Assembly: GCA_963702205.1 (NCBI GenBank) | Contig: OY969724.1 | Span: forward strand, 3,392,001 to 3,456,000 | DNA length: 64,000 nt | From: an uncultured candidate division Zixibacteria bacterium | GTDB taxonomy: Bacteria; Zixibacteria; MSB-5A5; GN15; PGXB01 | Direction: 5' to 3' | Part shown: piece by piece, positions 20,510 to 30,164 of the stretch | How the letters are laid out: each line of letters starts with the position of its first letter | How positions within the stretch are numbered: position 1 is the first letter of the stretch | Program-made: the position numbers and the translations under genes | Notes under the pieces: model-generated | What the model was told of the DNA's origin: nothing | The model's input: the letters and a program-made list of their open reading frames with translations, nothing else | The model's database searches: none

Positions 20510-20538
20510 TTGACTTAAATTCAAAGATTTTTTAAAGT
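20510..20538 (+). promoter_or_regulatory. Putative promoter, duplicated at 21333-21361
   Basis: TTGACT-N17-TAAAGT is conserved upstream of both paralogous barrel genes while the spacer differs. Confidence 0.6.
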
Positions 20539-20575
20539 TATATATTATCTCAAAACTCGGGGGGTACTAAAGATC

Positions 20576-21151
20576 ATGAAAACTGCGAAAATCTTAATCA
20601 TCGCAATTTGCCTTTTAATACCGATTTCTTCGCTGGCTTTCGATGGTAAACGCAAAGGCTTTGTCTTCGGCGGCGGCTTCGGATTCGCGCCCTTCTCCAA
20701 GTGGAAATCCGATATTACGACAACGGATGGCTCTCCGGGCACCAATTCCGAAAGTAAGGCCGGCTTTGCCTTAAACTTCCTAATCGGCGGAGCTTTCGAC
20801 GAACACAATATGCTTGTTTATGAGGGCAATTTCACCGGATATAATTCTGATTATTTTAATCAGTCTTTGGCACAGGGTTTTAACGGAGCCGCATGGTACT
20901 ATTATTTCGGGTCAGCTGGTAAATCGGTATTTACAGCCCTTGGGCTCGGGTTTTATGATTTCAAAGTGAATGGCCGCAATCGACCCGATCCCGGGCTTGC
21001 CATATTGCTGGGAGCGGGCTACGAATTCACGCGTCATTGGCAGGTTGGTGGTTATCTGTCATTGGGCAAAACCTCAGACAATGAGTACCGCAACAGAGCC
21101 GATCTCAAACATTCGCAATTCAGCTTCCTGGTAAACGCCATAGCCTTTTAA
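20576..21151 (+). CDS. Small outer-membrane beta-barrel protein, paralog 1
   Basis: Signal peptide, alternating aromatic/Gly strands, C-terminal Phe (VNAIAF). Confidence 0.8.
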   Translation: MKTAKILIIAICLLIPISSLAFDGKRKGFVFGGGFGFAPFSKWKSDITTTDGSPGTNSESKAGFALNFLIGGAFDEHNMLVYEGNFTGYNSDYFNQSLAQGFNGAAWYYYFGSAGKSVFTALGLGFYDFKVNGRNRPDPGLAILLGAGYEFTRHWQVGGYLSLGKTSDNEYRNRADLKHSQFSFLVNAIAF

Positions 21152-21163
21152 CTTTAATAAAAC

Positions 21164-21195
21164 AAAAAGGCGGCCGAACCGACCGCCTTCTTTTG
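21164..21195 (+). terminator. Intrinsic terminator
   Basis: AAGGCGG-loop-CCGCCTT followed by CTTTTG. Confidence 0.7.
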
Positions 21196-21332
21196 TGAAA
21201 ATAGAATACTACCGCGGACAGATCGGCGTCGAGCCGGGAGACTTATCGTACATGAATGAATTCAAGTATAAGACGCCCAACAGGCTAACTGATAGTACTG
21301 TTCAACCGGTAATTGTTCGATGCATTCTTCCC

Positions 21333-21361
21333 TTGACTTAATTTTATGGATTTCTTAAAGT
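21333..21361 (+). promoter_or_regulatory. Putative promoter (second copy)
   Basis: TTGACT-N17-TAAAGT, same placement relative to the ATG as at 20510. Confidence 0.6.
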
Positions 21362-21399
21362 CACTTATAACCTTCAAAACTCGGGAGGTATAAAAGCTC

Positions 21400-21975
21400 A
21401 TGAAAACCGCGAAAATTTTGATCATCGCGATTTGCCTTTTAATGCCGATTTCCTCGTTGGCATTCGACGGCAACCGCAAGGGTTTCGTACTCGGAGGAGG
21501 ACTCGGATTCGCCCCTACTTCCAAGTGGGACGTTAATGTTGATTTTTACGACCTTGATTTGGGCAGCGTCGATGAAAGCAAAGCAGGTGTTGCTGTCAAT
21601 TTCATAATCGGCGGAGCCTTCGACGAACACAATATGCTTGTATATGAAGGAAACGTAACCGGTTTTAATTCCGACCTGTTTAATGAATCGGTGGCACAGG
21701 GGTTTAATGGAGCCGTATGGTACCATTACTTCGGGCCTACCGGCAAATCGGCCTTCACCGCCGTCGGACTCGGGCTTTTTTATTTCAAGATAGGTGATTT
21801 TGATCCAACCGATCCGGGCGGCGCCATTCTTCTTGGTGGCGGCTATGAGTTTGCACGTCACTGGCAGGTTGGTGCCTATGCGGGCTTCGGGAAAACTTCG
21901 GATTCGGCAATTGGCCTTAAAGGTAAATTCACCCACTCACAATTCAGCATCCTGGTGAGCGCCTTAGCCTTCTAA
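21400..21975 (+). CDS. Small outer-membrane beta-barrel protein, paralog 2
   Basis: Same length (191 aa) as paralog 1, near-identical signal peptide and GGAFDEHNMLVYEGN block; ends VSALAF. Confidence 0.8.
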   Translation: MKTAKILIIAICLLMPISSLAFDGNRKGFVLGGGLGFAPTSKWDVNVDFYDLDLGSVDESKAGVAVNFIIGGAFDEHNMLVYEGNVTGFNSDLFNESVAQGFNGAVWYHYFGPTGKSAFTAVGLGLFYFKIGDFDPTDPGGAILLGGGYEFARHWQVGAYAGFGKTSDSAIGLKGKFTHSQFSILVSALAF

Positions 21976-21993
21976 GCTCCATACTTTCTAAAT

Positions 21994-22022
21994 AAAACAG
22001 GCGGTCAATCGACCGCCTGTTC
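21994..22022. terminator. Hairpin terminator between convergent genes
   Basis: AACAGGCGGTC-AATC-GACCGCCTGTT. Confidence 0.75.
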
Positions 22023-22043
22023 ATTTAAGTCACATTTCAAGCT

Positions 22044-22806
22044 TTACGGACACAAGGGATCCGGTCCGGGCGGATCGTTGTATTTGTACGCGATTAGATA
22101 CAAAATATCGATCAGGTTGACATTGCCGTCGGCATTGGCGTCGCCCGCTTCCATCGGATTCGGGGCCGGGCCCGGCGGATCGTTGTACTTATACGCGATC
22201 AGGTACAGAATATCGAGCAGGTTGATTATCTGATCGCCGGTGGCATCACCGCAAACGAAAGTAAACTGCTTGAGCATGATGGATACTTCGTCATCGTTGC
22301 GGTTGGCACTGATGGCGTCCAGATAACCGTCGCCGTCGAGGTTGGCGGCGTAGGCCGACCACGGCATGGACGGCGTCGCGTAGGCATGTCACGGGCGAAC
22401 ATCGCCGGACCCTCATCGACCTCAATGAAAAACGACCAGATAAAACTCTGGTCGAGCGGGACATTGGCTGATGATTCAATTGCGTTGGTCAGTATGGCCG
22501 TCACCTGCTCCCCGATCACAAAATCATCTGACGGATCGAGCGAAGCCGTCTTCGACGGGCCGTCATAAAAAATCGTCGCCGAATGCGGACCGCTCGAAGA
22601 GGCTTAAACAATGAAGCTCAAAGCGGTGATGGTTGTCCCATCCATATCCGTATCGACCGTTACGCTTATATCGGCGGCGGCCGAATCGTCGGCCTCATTG
22701 GCCGCCGGGCTTGCCGATGAAACGGCCGGGGCCTGGGCAAAAGCCGCGCCTGAAAGCGCGAAAATAATTACAATAGCTGGACTTTCAATCTGGAAATCAC
22801 GAACAT
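22044..22806 (-). pseudogene. Degraded secreted Ig-like + FG-GAP + dockerin-like protein
   Basis: RBS AAGGAGG and ATG at 22806 are out of frame with the signal peptide; in-frame TAA at 22604-22606 within an Ig-like domain; second frameshift near 22385; one FG-GAP repeat (NLDGDGYLD) precedes an intact dockerin. Confidence 0.8.
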
Positions 22807-22930
22807 AATCCCTCCTTACATGATTTCTATATACGTTGCCGATAGTCCGGACAAGTACAGCCTATTTAAATAGAGGCCGACCGGCAATTTTGTCAATGAT
22901 TTGTCGACGCGGCAACCGTTTCCATAAATG

Positions 22931-22966
22931 CAAAAGGGGGAAGCTTATCCGAGCTTCCCCCTTTTG
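22931..22966 (-). terminator. Terminator of the phosphorelay operon
   Basis: CAAAAGGGGGAAGCT-loop-AGCTTCCCCCTTTTG inverted repeat. Confidence 0.8.
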
Positions 22967-22987
22967 TTATCCTGAAACAATACTGCT

Positions 22988-23413
22988 TTACCAGCTTTTC
23001 TTGCGGGTGATGTCGGATATTTTCTGGTCGAGATTTTGTTCGAATAGCGACAGCTTTTTGGCCTGTGCCTCTTCGATTTTGGTCACCAGCGATTCTATTT
23101 CAGCAGGTTTTTCGAGGAAATCAGCCGCGCCCAGTTTCACGGCCTCCACGCCCTTTTGAACCGTCGCCTGCCCGGTCAGAACTATAACCTGCAAATGGGG
23201 CTGCTTTTCCAAAAGACGTTTGAGAGTTTCGATGCCGTCCATCTCCGGCATGGCTAAGTCGAGAATTACGGCATCATACGATTTCGATTCGATCATCTCC
23301 AGAGCCTTTATGCCGCTCTCGGCCGTATCCGTTTCAAGTCCACGGTTAGACATTCGCTCGGCAAGCACGTCCCGGAAATCTTTTTCATCATCGACTAAAA
23401 GGACTTTTGCCAT
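22988..23413 (-). CDS. Stand-alone receiver-domain response regulator
   Basis: VLLVDDE, DLAMPEMDG, LTG, FLEKP; short C-terminal helix, no HTH. Confidence 0.92.
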   Translation of the reverse strand: MAKVLLVDDEKDFRDVLAERMSNRGLETDTAESGIKALEMIESKSYDAVILDLAMPEMDGIETLKRLLEKQPHLQVIVLTGQATVQKGVEAVKLGAADFLEKPAEIESLVTKIEEAQAKKLSLFEQNLDQKISDITRKKSW

Positions 23414-23439
23414 ATATATCTCCCTGAATCTTTCATCTA

Positions 23440-24123
23440 TTATACGTCTTTCCGCAACTTTAAAGGTAAGCGGATATCTATGGAAACGGCACTCTCTTTA
23501 CGATCAGATATTATCTCGGCACCGATCTCCTCTGCAATTACCTCTGCTTGTAACATATCGAGCGGTTCACACGCATGATTCCTGTCAAGCTTAATACTTA
23601 TATGTGCGGCATCATTAGCTTTGTCCAGCGTCAAATCAACATTATCACCCTTCTGCATTTCGGGCAATATCGCGAGAAAGGCCAGAAAAACCAACTGTTG
23701 TATTTTGAATTGATGACCTTCCATCTCCAGTGTCATATCATCGGGAGGCAAACTCAAGACGGCCCCGCGCAAAATCACCAGCCGCTCAGCCAATTGTCCG
23801 ATATTCAACAGGGTTTCGGTCAGGTTGAAAACGCCTTCAGGCTCATCGGCGCCGTGAGCGAATCGGTTCAGGCGGTTGATTATTTCTATGCTGCGCTCGG
23901 TTTGAGCCGCAACTTTGTCCGCAATGCGCTGCAGCAATTCGAGAGGAATCTCCCGCCCCAGCCGCTGCCCGGCCAGAAGATCCTCGAGCAGACCACCGGT
24001 CTGGCTGATTATGGACATGACATTGTTCAATTCGTGCGTGACCGACGCCGTAATCGTCCCGAAAAATCTGGTTTCCGTATCGGCCGGATAGCGTGTCTTT
24101 ATTTTTTCTCTATCGTCGTTCAT
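23440..24123 (-). CDS. Cytoplasmic HisKA protein with degenerate ATPase domain
   Basis: H-box ASVTHELNN present; no recognisable N-box Asn or DxGxG/GxGLG boxes. Confidence 0.7.
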   Translation of the reverse strand: MNDDREKIKTRYPADTETRFFGTITASVTHELNNVMSIISQTGGLLEDLLAGQRLGREIPLELLQRIADKVAAQTERSIEIINRLNRFAHGADEPEGVFNLTETLLNIGQLAERLVILRGAVLSLPPDDMTLEMEGHQFKIQQLVFLAFLAILPEMQKGDNVDLTLDKANDAAHISIKLDRNHACEPLDMLQAEVIAEEIGAEIISDRKESAVSIDIRLPLKLRKDV

Positions 24124-24485
24124 TGTTTGTTCATTGCGTGGCGCATTTTTTCGATAAGGTCGTCGATATTTATCGGCTTGGCCAAGTAATCGGCCGCGCC
24201 TTTGGGCATATCCTGCATTTCCGCCGACGACCCATGTCCCGTGATTATCATTACCGGGATACCCGGATGTTCTTTGTTGATTACCCTCATCGTCTCCGAG
24301 CCGCTGATTCCGGGAAGTTTGAGATCGACCACGACGACGTCAAAGCTCTCGCGACGCATTCTCTCGATGGCCGACGCCCCGGTCAGTTCATAGACCGCTT
24401 CGATATCGCGGTACTGCAAACGCTCAACCAGTGTGGACACCAGTTCTTCTTCATCGTCGACGAAAAGTACTCTGAATTCGCTCAT
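24120..24485 (-). CDS. Stand-alone receiver-domain response regulator
   Basis: VLFVDDE, DLKLPGISG, ITGHG, YLAKP. Confidence 0.92.
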   Translation of the reverse strand: MSEFRVLFVDDEEELVSTLVERLQYRDIEAVYELTGASAIERMRRESFDVVVVDLKLPGISGSETMRVINKEHPGIPVMIITGHGSSAEMQDMPKGAADYLAKPINIDDLIEKMRHAMNKQ

Positions 24486-24494
24486 TCTTGCATC

Positions 24495-26198
24495 CTAATA
24501 CTTTGCCCGTCGGGGAAGACTGATAGTGAAACTGGTCCCTTTACCCTGTTGACTGCTCACGTCGATTTGACCTTCCAGTTTCTGGACAATATCGCGCGTG
24601 ATTGATAGGCCCAGACCCGTCCCGAATTCACCTTTGGTCGAATAGAACGGCTCGAAAATATTCTTAAGATTTTTCTCGGATATCCCGACTCCGTTATCGG
24701 TCAGAGTTACTTTAATCATATCGTTTTCGGCGTCTCTGGCGGAGACATCTATTTTCCCTCCGACGTCGACCGCGGCAAAAGCATTGTTAATGATATTCAA
24801 GAAGACTTGCTGGAGCTGACCCCGGTCACTTTCGATCGGTTTCAGATCGGCCGGGATATCGAACGTAACATTTATATTCCGATGCATAAGTTCCGTTTTC
24901 TGGAAGCCGACCACTTCTTCGAGCAGAGTTTTCAGATCGATCGATTCTTTGCGACTGTCCATGCGCCTGGCGAACCCGAGCAAGCGGTGCGTCACCCCGC
25001 TGCATCGCTCCACCGATTTCGTGATCGATTCGGCCAGGCCGAGAAATTTATCTTTCTGCGGCAGGTCTTTTATATGATAAGCCATATCCTGCAAGAGCCC
25101 TGCCTTTTCATTGATTATGGCCAGGGGATTGTTGATCTCATGGGCCACGCCCGCCGCCATGCGGCCGATGGTCGCCATTTTATTGGTATATTCGACATTG
25201 TGAAATATGCGGGCCCGGCGTTTGTCCAGCTCCCGGAGCCGCTTAATCGTATGCCCGGCACCGTACATAACGACAACCAGAATCAGCGCCGCACTGACAA
25301 CCAAAAACCACAGCAGGCCCGTCCGCCGATAGAACCAGTGCAAAAAAGGATTCTCGCGCTGCTTGATGACCATCAGGATGAACGGTGTCGATTCGATGTA
25401 CCAGTACCCCGTGGTCAGCCATTTCCCCTGCTCTTCGTATTCGTCGATAACTTCCCGATGCCGGAAACTGCGCGGCACATCGAAACTCATTTTTGTAAGG
25501 ACTTCACCGTGATAAGCAGAATTGGTCTGGAGAATACCGTTTTGGTTGATGAGAAAGGCATCGGTTCCGGGATCGAGGTCAAGCGCATAGAAAATTTTGT
25601 TGATCATCTCCATGTCTATTGTCGCGCGCAAAATGAAGAACTCACCGTCGGGACGTTCGTGCCGGAACGCAATAACAAAATGCGGCAGGTTGCGATGACC
25701 CATGAAGACATCGCTGACATATTCGCCGCGCACCATGACTTCATTGAACCAACCCTGGTCTCTGTAATTCTTGCCCTTCAAATCGTACGGCCCGACATAA
25801 ATCGTCTGATTGCCCAGCGAATCGATCAGCCCCAAATCCACAAAACCGCCGAACGAACCGTTGAGATCCTTCAGCACCGTTTTGAGACGGTCGTTTTCGC
25901 TCAGTTCGCGGTAGGAATGCTGGGTGATAATCAATGACAGCGCGGCGCGACGCTCTTCGATGACAAATTCCAGCGTGCGCTTGTTATTCGAGAGAATCCG
26001 CGAGATATCGTAGCGGCTTTCGGCATGATATGAATCCTGATCCTGATAAAAGTTCAGCACGACCATGATAATCAACGGCACCAGCGCCACCAGCGACGTG
26101 GCAACCACCGAGATACGGCGCAGCCGCCGATACCTCGGCAAAGTCTGGCTGGGATCGGCTTCGACATGGATCGTATCGGGCTTAAATTGTTCTTCCAT
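24495..26198 (-). CDS. Membrane sensor histidine kinase with Cache-like periplasmic domain
   Basis: Two TMs; AHEINNPL, QVFLNIINNA, DNGVGI, GTGLGL. Confidence 0.93.
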   Translation of the reverse strand: MEEQFKPDTIHVEADPSQTLPRYRRLRRISVVATSLVALVPLIIMVVLNFYQDQDSYHAESRYDISRILSNNKRTLEFVIEERRAALSLIITQHSYRELSENDRLKTVLKDLNGSFGGFVDLGLIDSLGNQTIYVGPYDLKGKNYRDQGWFNEVMVRGEYVSDVFMGHRNLPHFVIAFRHERPDGEFFILRATIDMEMINKIFYALDLDPGTDAFLINQNGILQTNSAYHGEVLTKMSFDVPRSFRHREVIDEYEEQGKWLTTGYWYIESTPFILMVIKQRENPFLHWFYRRTGLLWFLVVSAALILVVVMYGAGHTIKRLRELDKRRARIFHNVEYTNKMATIGRMAAGVAHEINNPLAIINEKAGLLQDMAYHIKDLPQKDKFLGLAESITKSVERCSGVTHRLLGFARRMDSRKESIDLKTLLEEVVGFQKTELMHRNINVTFDIPADLKPIESDRGQLQQVFLNIINNAFAAVDVGGKIDVSARDAENDMIKVTLTDNGVGISEKNLKNIFEPFYSTKGEFGTGLGLSITRDIVQKLEGQIDVSSQQGKGTSFTISLPRRAKY

Positions 26199-26249
26199 AT
26201 CTCTCGATGATTTTCTAAAAATCCCTCTACACTTCGGGGTCAGCCGATG

Positions 26250-27497
26250 TTATTCATCGGCACTGTTTTCAGTTCGATCGCTGCTCACATTCTTCAATCG
26301 GTTGATTTTCTGATATGCTTCATTCATGACCCGGGCCAGCAGGTCGATATTGACCGGTTTGCGCAAATAGGCGAACGCCCCCAGGTCCTCGGCCATTTCT
26401 TCCTCGCGTTTGGAACCGTGCCCGGTCAGGATAATTACCTCGACCCTCGGATAATCTCTCTTGATTCTCCGCAGGACTTCGATACCATCAATGCCGGGCA
26501 TCATAAGGTCGAGCACCATGACATCGGGTTCGTCCTTCTTGACAAATTCCAGCGCCTGCTCGCCGTCGTAGACGACCGATGACTCAAGGTTGCGTGACTT
26601 CAATCTTTCCGAAAGGGTTTGCACGAATTCCTGTTCGTCGTCGACCAAAAGAATCTTGGGTGGAACTTCGATATTCGCCCACGGATTCATCGACGACGAC
26701 TGGAATTTTTGCCCGATTCTGATTTCGACGTCTTTGACGCCTTCGACTTTCGCACAGACGGCCTTAAGATCGTCCTGGTACTGCTGCATGCGCAGGACCT
26801 CTTTATTTATCGTGACAAAAACTTTGCCGTTTTCCGCTGCGACCTCAATTATATGCCCGGCCTCGACCAAAGCGAGGTTGACTTTGGCACTCAGGAGAAA
26901 ATCCTCAATGGCCTTCTGCGATCGTTCCGACGTGGCCAGCTGCTCCCCGTTCGCCAAATTGCGGATAGTCTCGACGGCATCCGGAACTGAAACCGAATGG
27001 GTCGGGATTATCAAGTCATATAGTGATTCATCGTACGGCGGTTTGCCGTACAGGTAGCTTGTCCATTCCAGATATTCGGAATCATCTTTGCGAACCAGTT
27101 TCCGGGCCTCCTTTTCGGACAGCGAATTGCTTTCACCCGCGATCCGCACCCGGTAATCGAAATTCGCGATGATGCACGTCCGCAATATGTGTGCGGCCGT
27201 TCTCGGAAACAGATGCCCGGCCGGGCCGGTCAGGACGATATTATCGGACGCCGCCATCTCCGCCAGCGTCAACTTGACACGAGCGATCGCCTTTTCCCGA
27301 TCGTGGGTCAGTCTGCTCAAGAAGGTGACCTTCCCAAGCATCGCCTTGAGCAGCTTCTCGGCCGACAAGTCGTACTTCTGCGAGGTCAAATCATATAATT
27401 TTCGCTCTATTAGCTCATAATGGAGGGCCTCGGCCACTTTCGGAGCGATTTCCTCGCCGTGGCAGAACGAGCCGCTGAATATTGATATTATGGCCAC
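26250..27497 (-). CDS. Cytidylate-kinase-like + BON-like + receiver domain response regulator
   Basis: N-terminal MAIISIFSGSFCHG..YDLII CMK-like fold, a short middle alpha/beta domain, and C-terminal REC (LLVDDE, DLMMPGIDG, LRKP). Confidence 0.8.
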   Translation of the reverse strand: MAIISIFSGSFCHGEEIAPKVAEALHYELIERKLYDLTSQKYDLSAEKLLKAMLGKVTFLSRLTHDREKAIARVKLTLAEMAASDNIVLTGPAGHLFPRTAAHILRTCIIANFDYRVRIAGESNSLSEKEARKLVRKDDSEYLEWTSYLYGKPPYDESLYDLIIPTHSVSVPDAVETIRNLANGEQLATSERSQKAIEDFLLSAKVNLALVEAGHIIEVAAENGKVFVTINKEVLRMQQYQDDLKAVCAKVEGVKDVEIRIGQKFQSSSMNPWANIEVPPKILLVDDEQEFVQTLSERLKSRNLESSVVYDGEQALEFVKKDEPDVMVLDLMMPGIDGIEVLRRIKRDYPRVEVIILTGHGSKREEEMAEDLGAFAYLRKPVNIDLLARVMNEAYQKINRLKNVSSDRTENSADE

Positions 27498-27814
27498 CTG
27501 TTCTCCCTTGTCAAGGTGGATACTTTACACACCGGTCAATTATAACTCCGCCGCCTTCACAGAGCAAGGCGATAAATCAATAAATATTCCCGGTTGCCCC
27601 GATAGCAATAAAAATCGTATTTGTATGCGGTCATCTTTTCGGCTTCAATTAGAGCTTGCCATAAGCAGCCGGATATCTTAACTTCTTGCCTTGATTACTT
27701 GGGTCAAAGGGGACATTTGCCCGGAGGCATTTCCGATGTTCGTGGTCCGGGGGAATGCAGTGAAGCGTAAGACCTGCTCGGGTTCCGGGTAGCCGGAGTT
27801 TTGTTTTTGAGATT

Positions 27815-30037
27815 ATGTTAGGCAAGACACGAAAAAACGGGCAGCTGACTTCAAGCTCAGAAGTTCTATTTAAAATTTTTCCATTTATTTTCTGGTTTCG
27901 TGCCTACGACTCGACCAAGCTCCGTCAGGATTTTATATCGGGGCTGACCGTCGCCCTGGTGCTGGTACCGCAGTCGATGGCGTACGCCCAACTGGCCGGT
28001 TTGCCCGCCTATTATGGTTTGTATGCCGCTTTCCTTCCTCCCCTGATTGCATCCCTGTTCGGCTCGAGCCATCAACTGGCCACCGGGCCGGTCGCGGTCG
28101 TGTCCCTGATGACCGCCACGGCGCTGGCGCCTCTGGCCACGGCCGGGGGCGAAGCCTTCATCGCTTACGCCATCCTTCTTGCGTTATTGGTTGGAATCTT
28201 CCAGCTGGCCCTGGGAGTTCTCAAGCTCGGACTGGTCATAAACTTCCTCTCCCACCCGGTCGTCAACGGCTTTACTAACGCCGCCGCGCTTATTATCGCG
28301 TCGTCACAGCTGTCCAAGCTGTTCGGCGTTACGGTCGATTCAGCCGAGCATCATTACGAAACTATTTACAACGTCATGAAGGCCGCAATATCGTACACGC
28401 ACTGGCCGACGCTCGCCATTGCCATTCTTGCCTTTGTTATAATGATTACTCTGAAGAGGCTGGCGCCGAAAATACCAAACGTCCTCGTTGCAGTGATAAT
28501 AACGTCTATCATTTCCTGGACGCTCGGATTCGAGCACAACCAGAAAACCAGTCTCGACGCTATCGAGAATAATCAGGCTCAGGAGATGATCGCGCTTTTC
28601 AATCAGGACATCGCCAATATCGTAACAAAATCCGAAGAACGCGTCGAACTGGCCGCGGAGCTGAGGGAAATCGAAGACACCTATGGCGACCGATCTGTGA
28701 AAGCCCTGGAAATCAGGCACAAGATGTCGCTTTTAAACGTGGAGATAACCGAATTAAATGAGGCCTCGCACGAACTTCGCGAAAAAATCAGACTGCTGCA
28801 TTTCAAGGGAATCGAAGGCCCGGGGGGGCACTTGCGTTTTTATGCCATGAATGATACCTCCACCGACCACCCCGACGACGGCCGTGACTGGCGGCTTAAA
28901 GTCGGTAATTCGACTATCAAGGCGGACGCTGTATCTTTGACCGGCGGCGGATCGGTCGTGGGTGACATCCCCAAAGGCCTCCCCGGATTAAATCTTCCCA
29001 AATTCGACGTGAGCACAATGATTTCTCTGTTCCCTATGGCCGTCATCATTTCCCTGCTCGGTTTTATGGAAGCCATTTCCATCGCCAGGGCCATGGCGGC
29101 GCGGACCGGGCAAAGACTCGATCCCAACCAGGAACTGATCGGGCAGGGCCTGTCCAATATCGTCGGTTCGTTTTTCCACAGTTACGCCGTCTCCGGGTCG
29201 TTTTCCAGGTCGGCCGTAAACATTCAGTCGGGGGCCGTGACCGGCCTGTCCAACGTTTTCAGCAGCTGCGTCGTTGCTGCGACCCTGCTGTTTCTTACGC
29301 CGCTGTTGTACTATCTGCCACAGGCGGTGTTGGCGGCGATCATCATGATGGCCGTCATAGGACTTATCAACGTTCGGGGCTTCATCCATGCCTGGAAAGC
29401 TCAAAAATACGACGGCGCCATCGGCATAATTACCTTTATCGCGACCCTGGCCTTCGCCCCGCATCTCGACCGGGGCATCATGATCGGCGTCGGGCTGTCC
29501 CTGGGACTGCAGCTATTGCGCAGTATGAAGCCGGACATGGCACTGTTGTCACTGCACCCCGACGGTACCTTCCGCAATCAAAAACGATTCCACCTCAAGC
29601 AGTGCCGGCATATTGCATTGATCAGGTACAACGGCTCTCTTTATTTCGCCAATGTCAGCTATCTCGAAGAACAGATTCTGGAGCTTATATCCGGAATGCC
29701 GGAACTTCGGCATATCATTATCGTCGGCAACGGCATCAACGAAATGGACGCCTCCGGTGAAGATATGCTGTCGATACTGGTCAGCCGCATCCGCGAAGCG
29801 GGGTACGATATTTCGTTCAGCGGTCTCAACGATGACGTGCTTGACGTCTTGCGGCGAACCCATCTGTACGAAAAAATAGGCGAAGATCATCTGTACCGCA
29901 ACGCGACGAGGGCCATCGACGGAGTCTATGCGATAACTCACGCCGGAAGCGGTGAATCGCCCTGTCCCCTGCGTTCGGTCGTCGCCGTCGGCCTGCCGAC
30001 CATATTCAGCGAAGAAGGCGGCGAAAAGCTGTTCTAA
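27815..30037 (+). CDS. SulP-family anion permease with STAS domain and internal hydrophilic insertion
   Basis: VPQSMAYA, GLYAA, NQELIGQG, GSFSRSA, LYFAN, MDASG. Confidence 0.93.
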   Translation: MLGKTRKNGQLTSSSEVLFKIFPFIFWFRAYDSTKLRQDFISGLTVALVLVPQSMAYAQLAGLPAYYGLYAAFLPPLIASLFGSSHQLATGPVAVVSLMTATALAPLATAGGEAFIAYAILLALLVGIFQLALGVLKLGLVINFLSHPVVNGFTNAAALIIASSQLSKLFGVTVDSAEHHYETIYNVMKAAISYTHWPTLAIAILAFVIMITLKRLAPKIPNVLVAVIITSIISWTLGFEHNQKTSLDAIENNQAQEMIALFNQDIANIVTKSEERVELAAELREIEDTYGDRSVKALEIRHKMSLLNVEITELNEASHELREKIRLLHFKGIEGPGGHLRFYAMNDTSTDHPDDGRDWRLKVGNSTIKADAVSLTGGGSVVGDIPKGLPGLNLPKFDVSTMISLFPMAVIISLLGFMEAISIARAMAARTGQRLDPNQELIGQGLSNIVGSFFHSYAVSGSFSRSAVNIQSGAVTGLSNVFSSCVVAATLLFLTPLLYYLPQAVLAAIIMMAVIGLINVRGFIHAWKAQKYDGAIGIITFIATLAFAPHLDRGIMIGVGLSLGLQLLRSMKPDMALLSLHPDGTFRNQKRFHLKQCRHIALIRYNGSLYFANVSYLEEQILELISGMPELRHIIIVGNGINEMDASGEDMLSILVSRIREAGYDISFSGLNDDVLDVLRRTHLYEKIGEDHLYRNATRAIDGVYAITHAGSGESPCPLRSVVAVGLPTIFSEEGGEKLF

Positions 30038-30107
30038 TCTCACGACCACTCTTCGACCATTCGTTTTTGCGTTCCATTAGTACAATCCGACAAACATCGA
30101 AATTATT

Positions 30108-30137
30108 AAAAAACGGCCATCCTCCATGGATGACCGT
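30108..30137 (-). terminator. Terminator between convergent sulP and cytochrome genes
   Basis: AAAAAA then ACGGCCATCC-loop-GGATGACCGT; the A-run gives a U tail on the minus strand. Confidence 0.6.
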
Positions 30138-30164
30138 CAATGTTGCTGGAGCAAAAATCCTAAT

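Noticed and set aside
22604..22606. Stop-codon recoding in the dockerin pseudogene
   Set aside because: The stop is TAA and comes with two frameshifts, so decay is simpler.
16647..22806. Genomic island integrated at tRNA-Glu
   Set aside because: No integrase and no duplicated tRNA 3' end noticed in the window.
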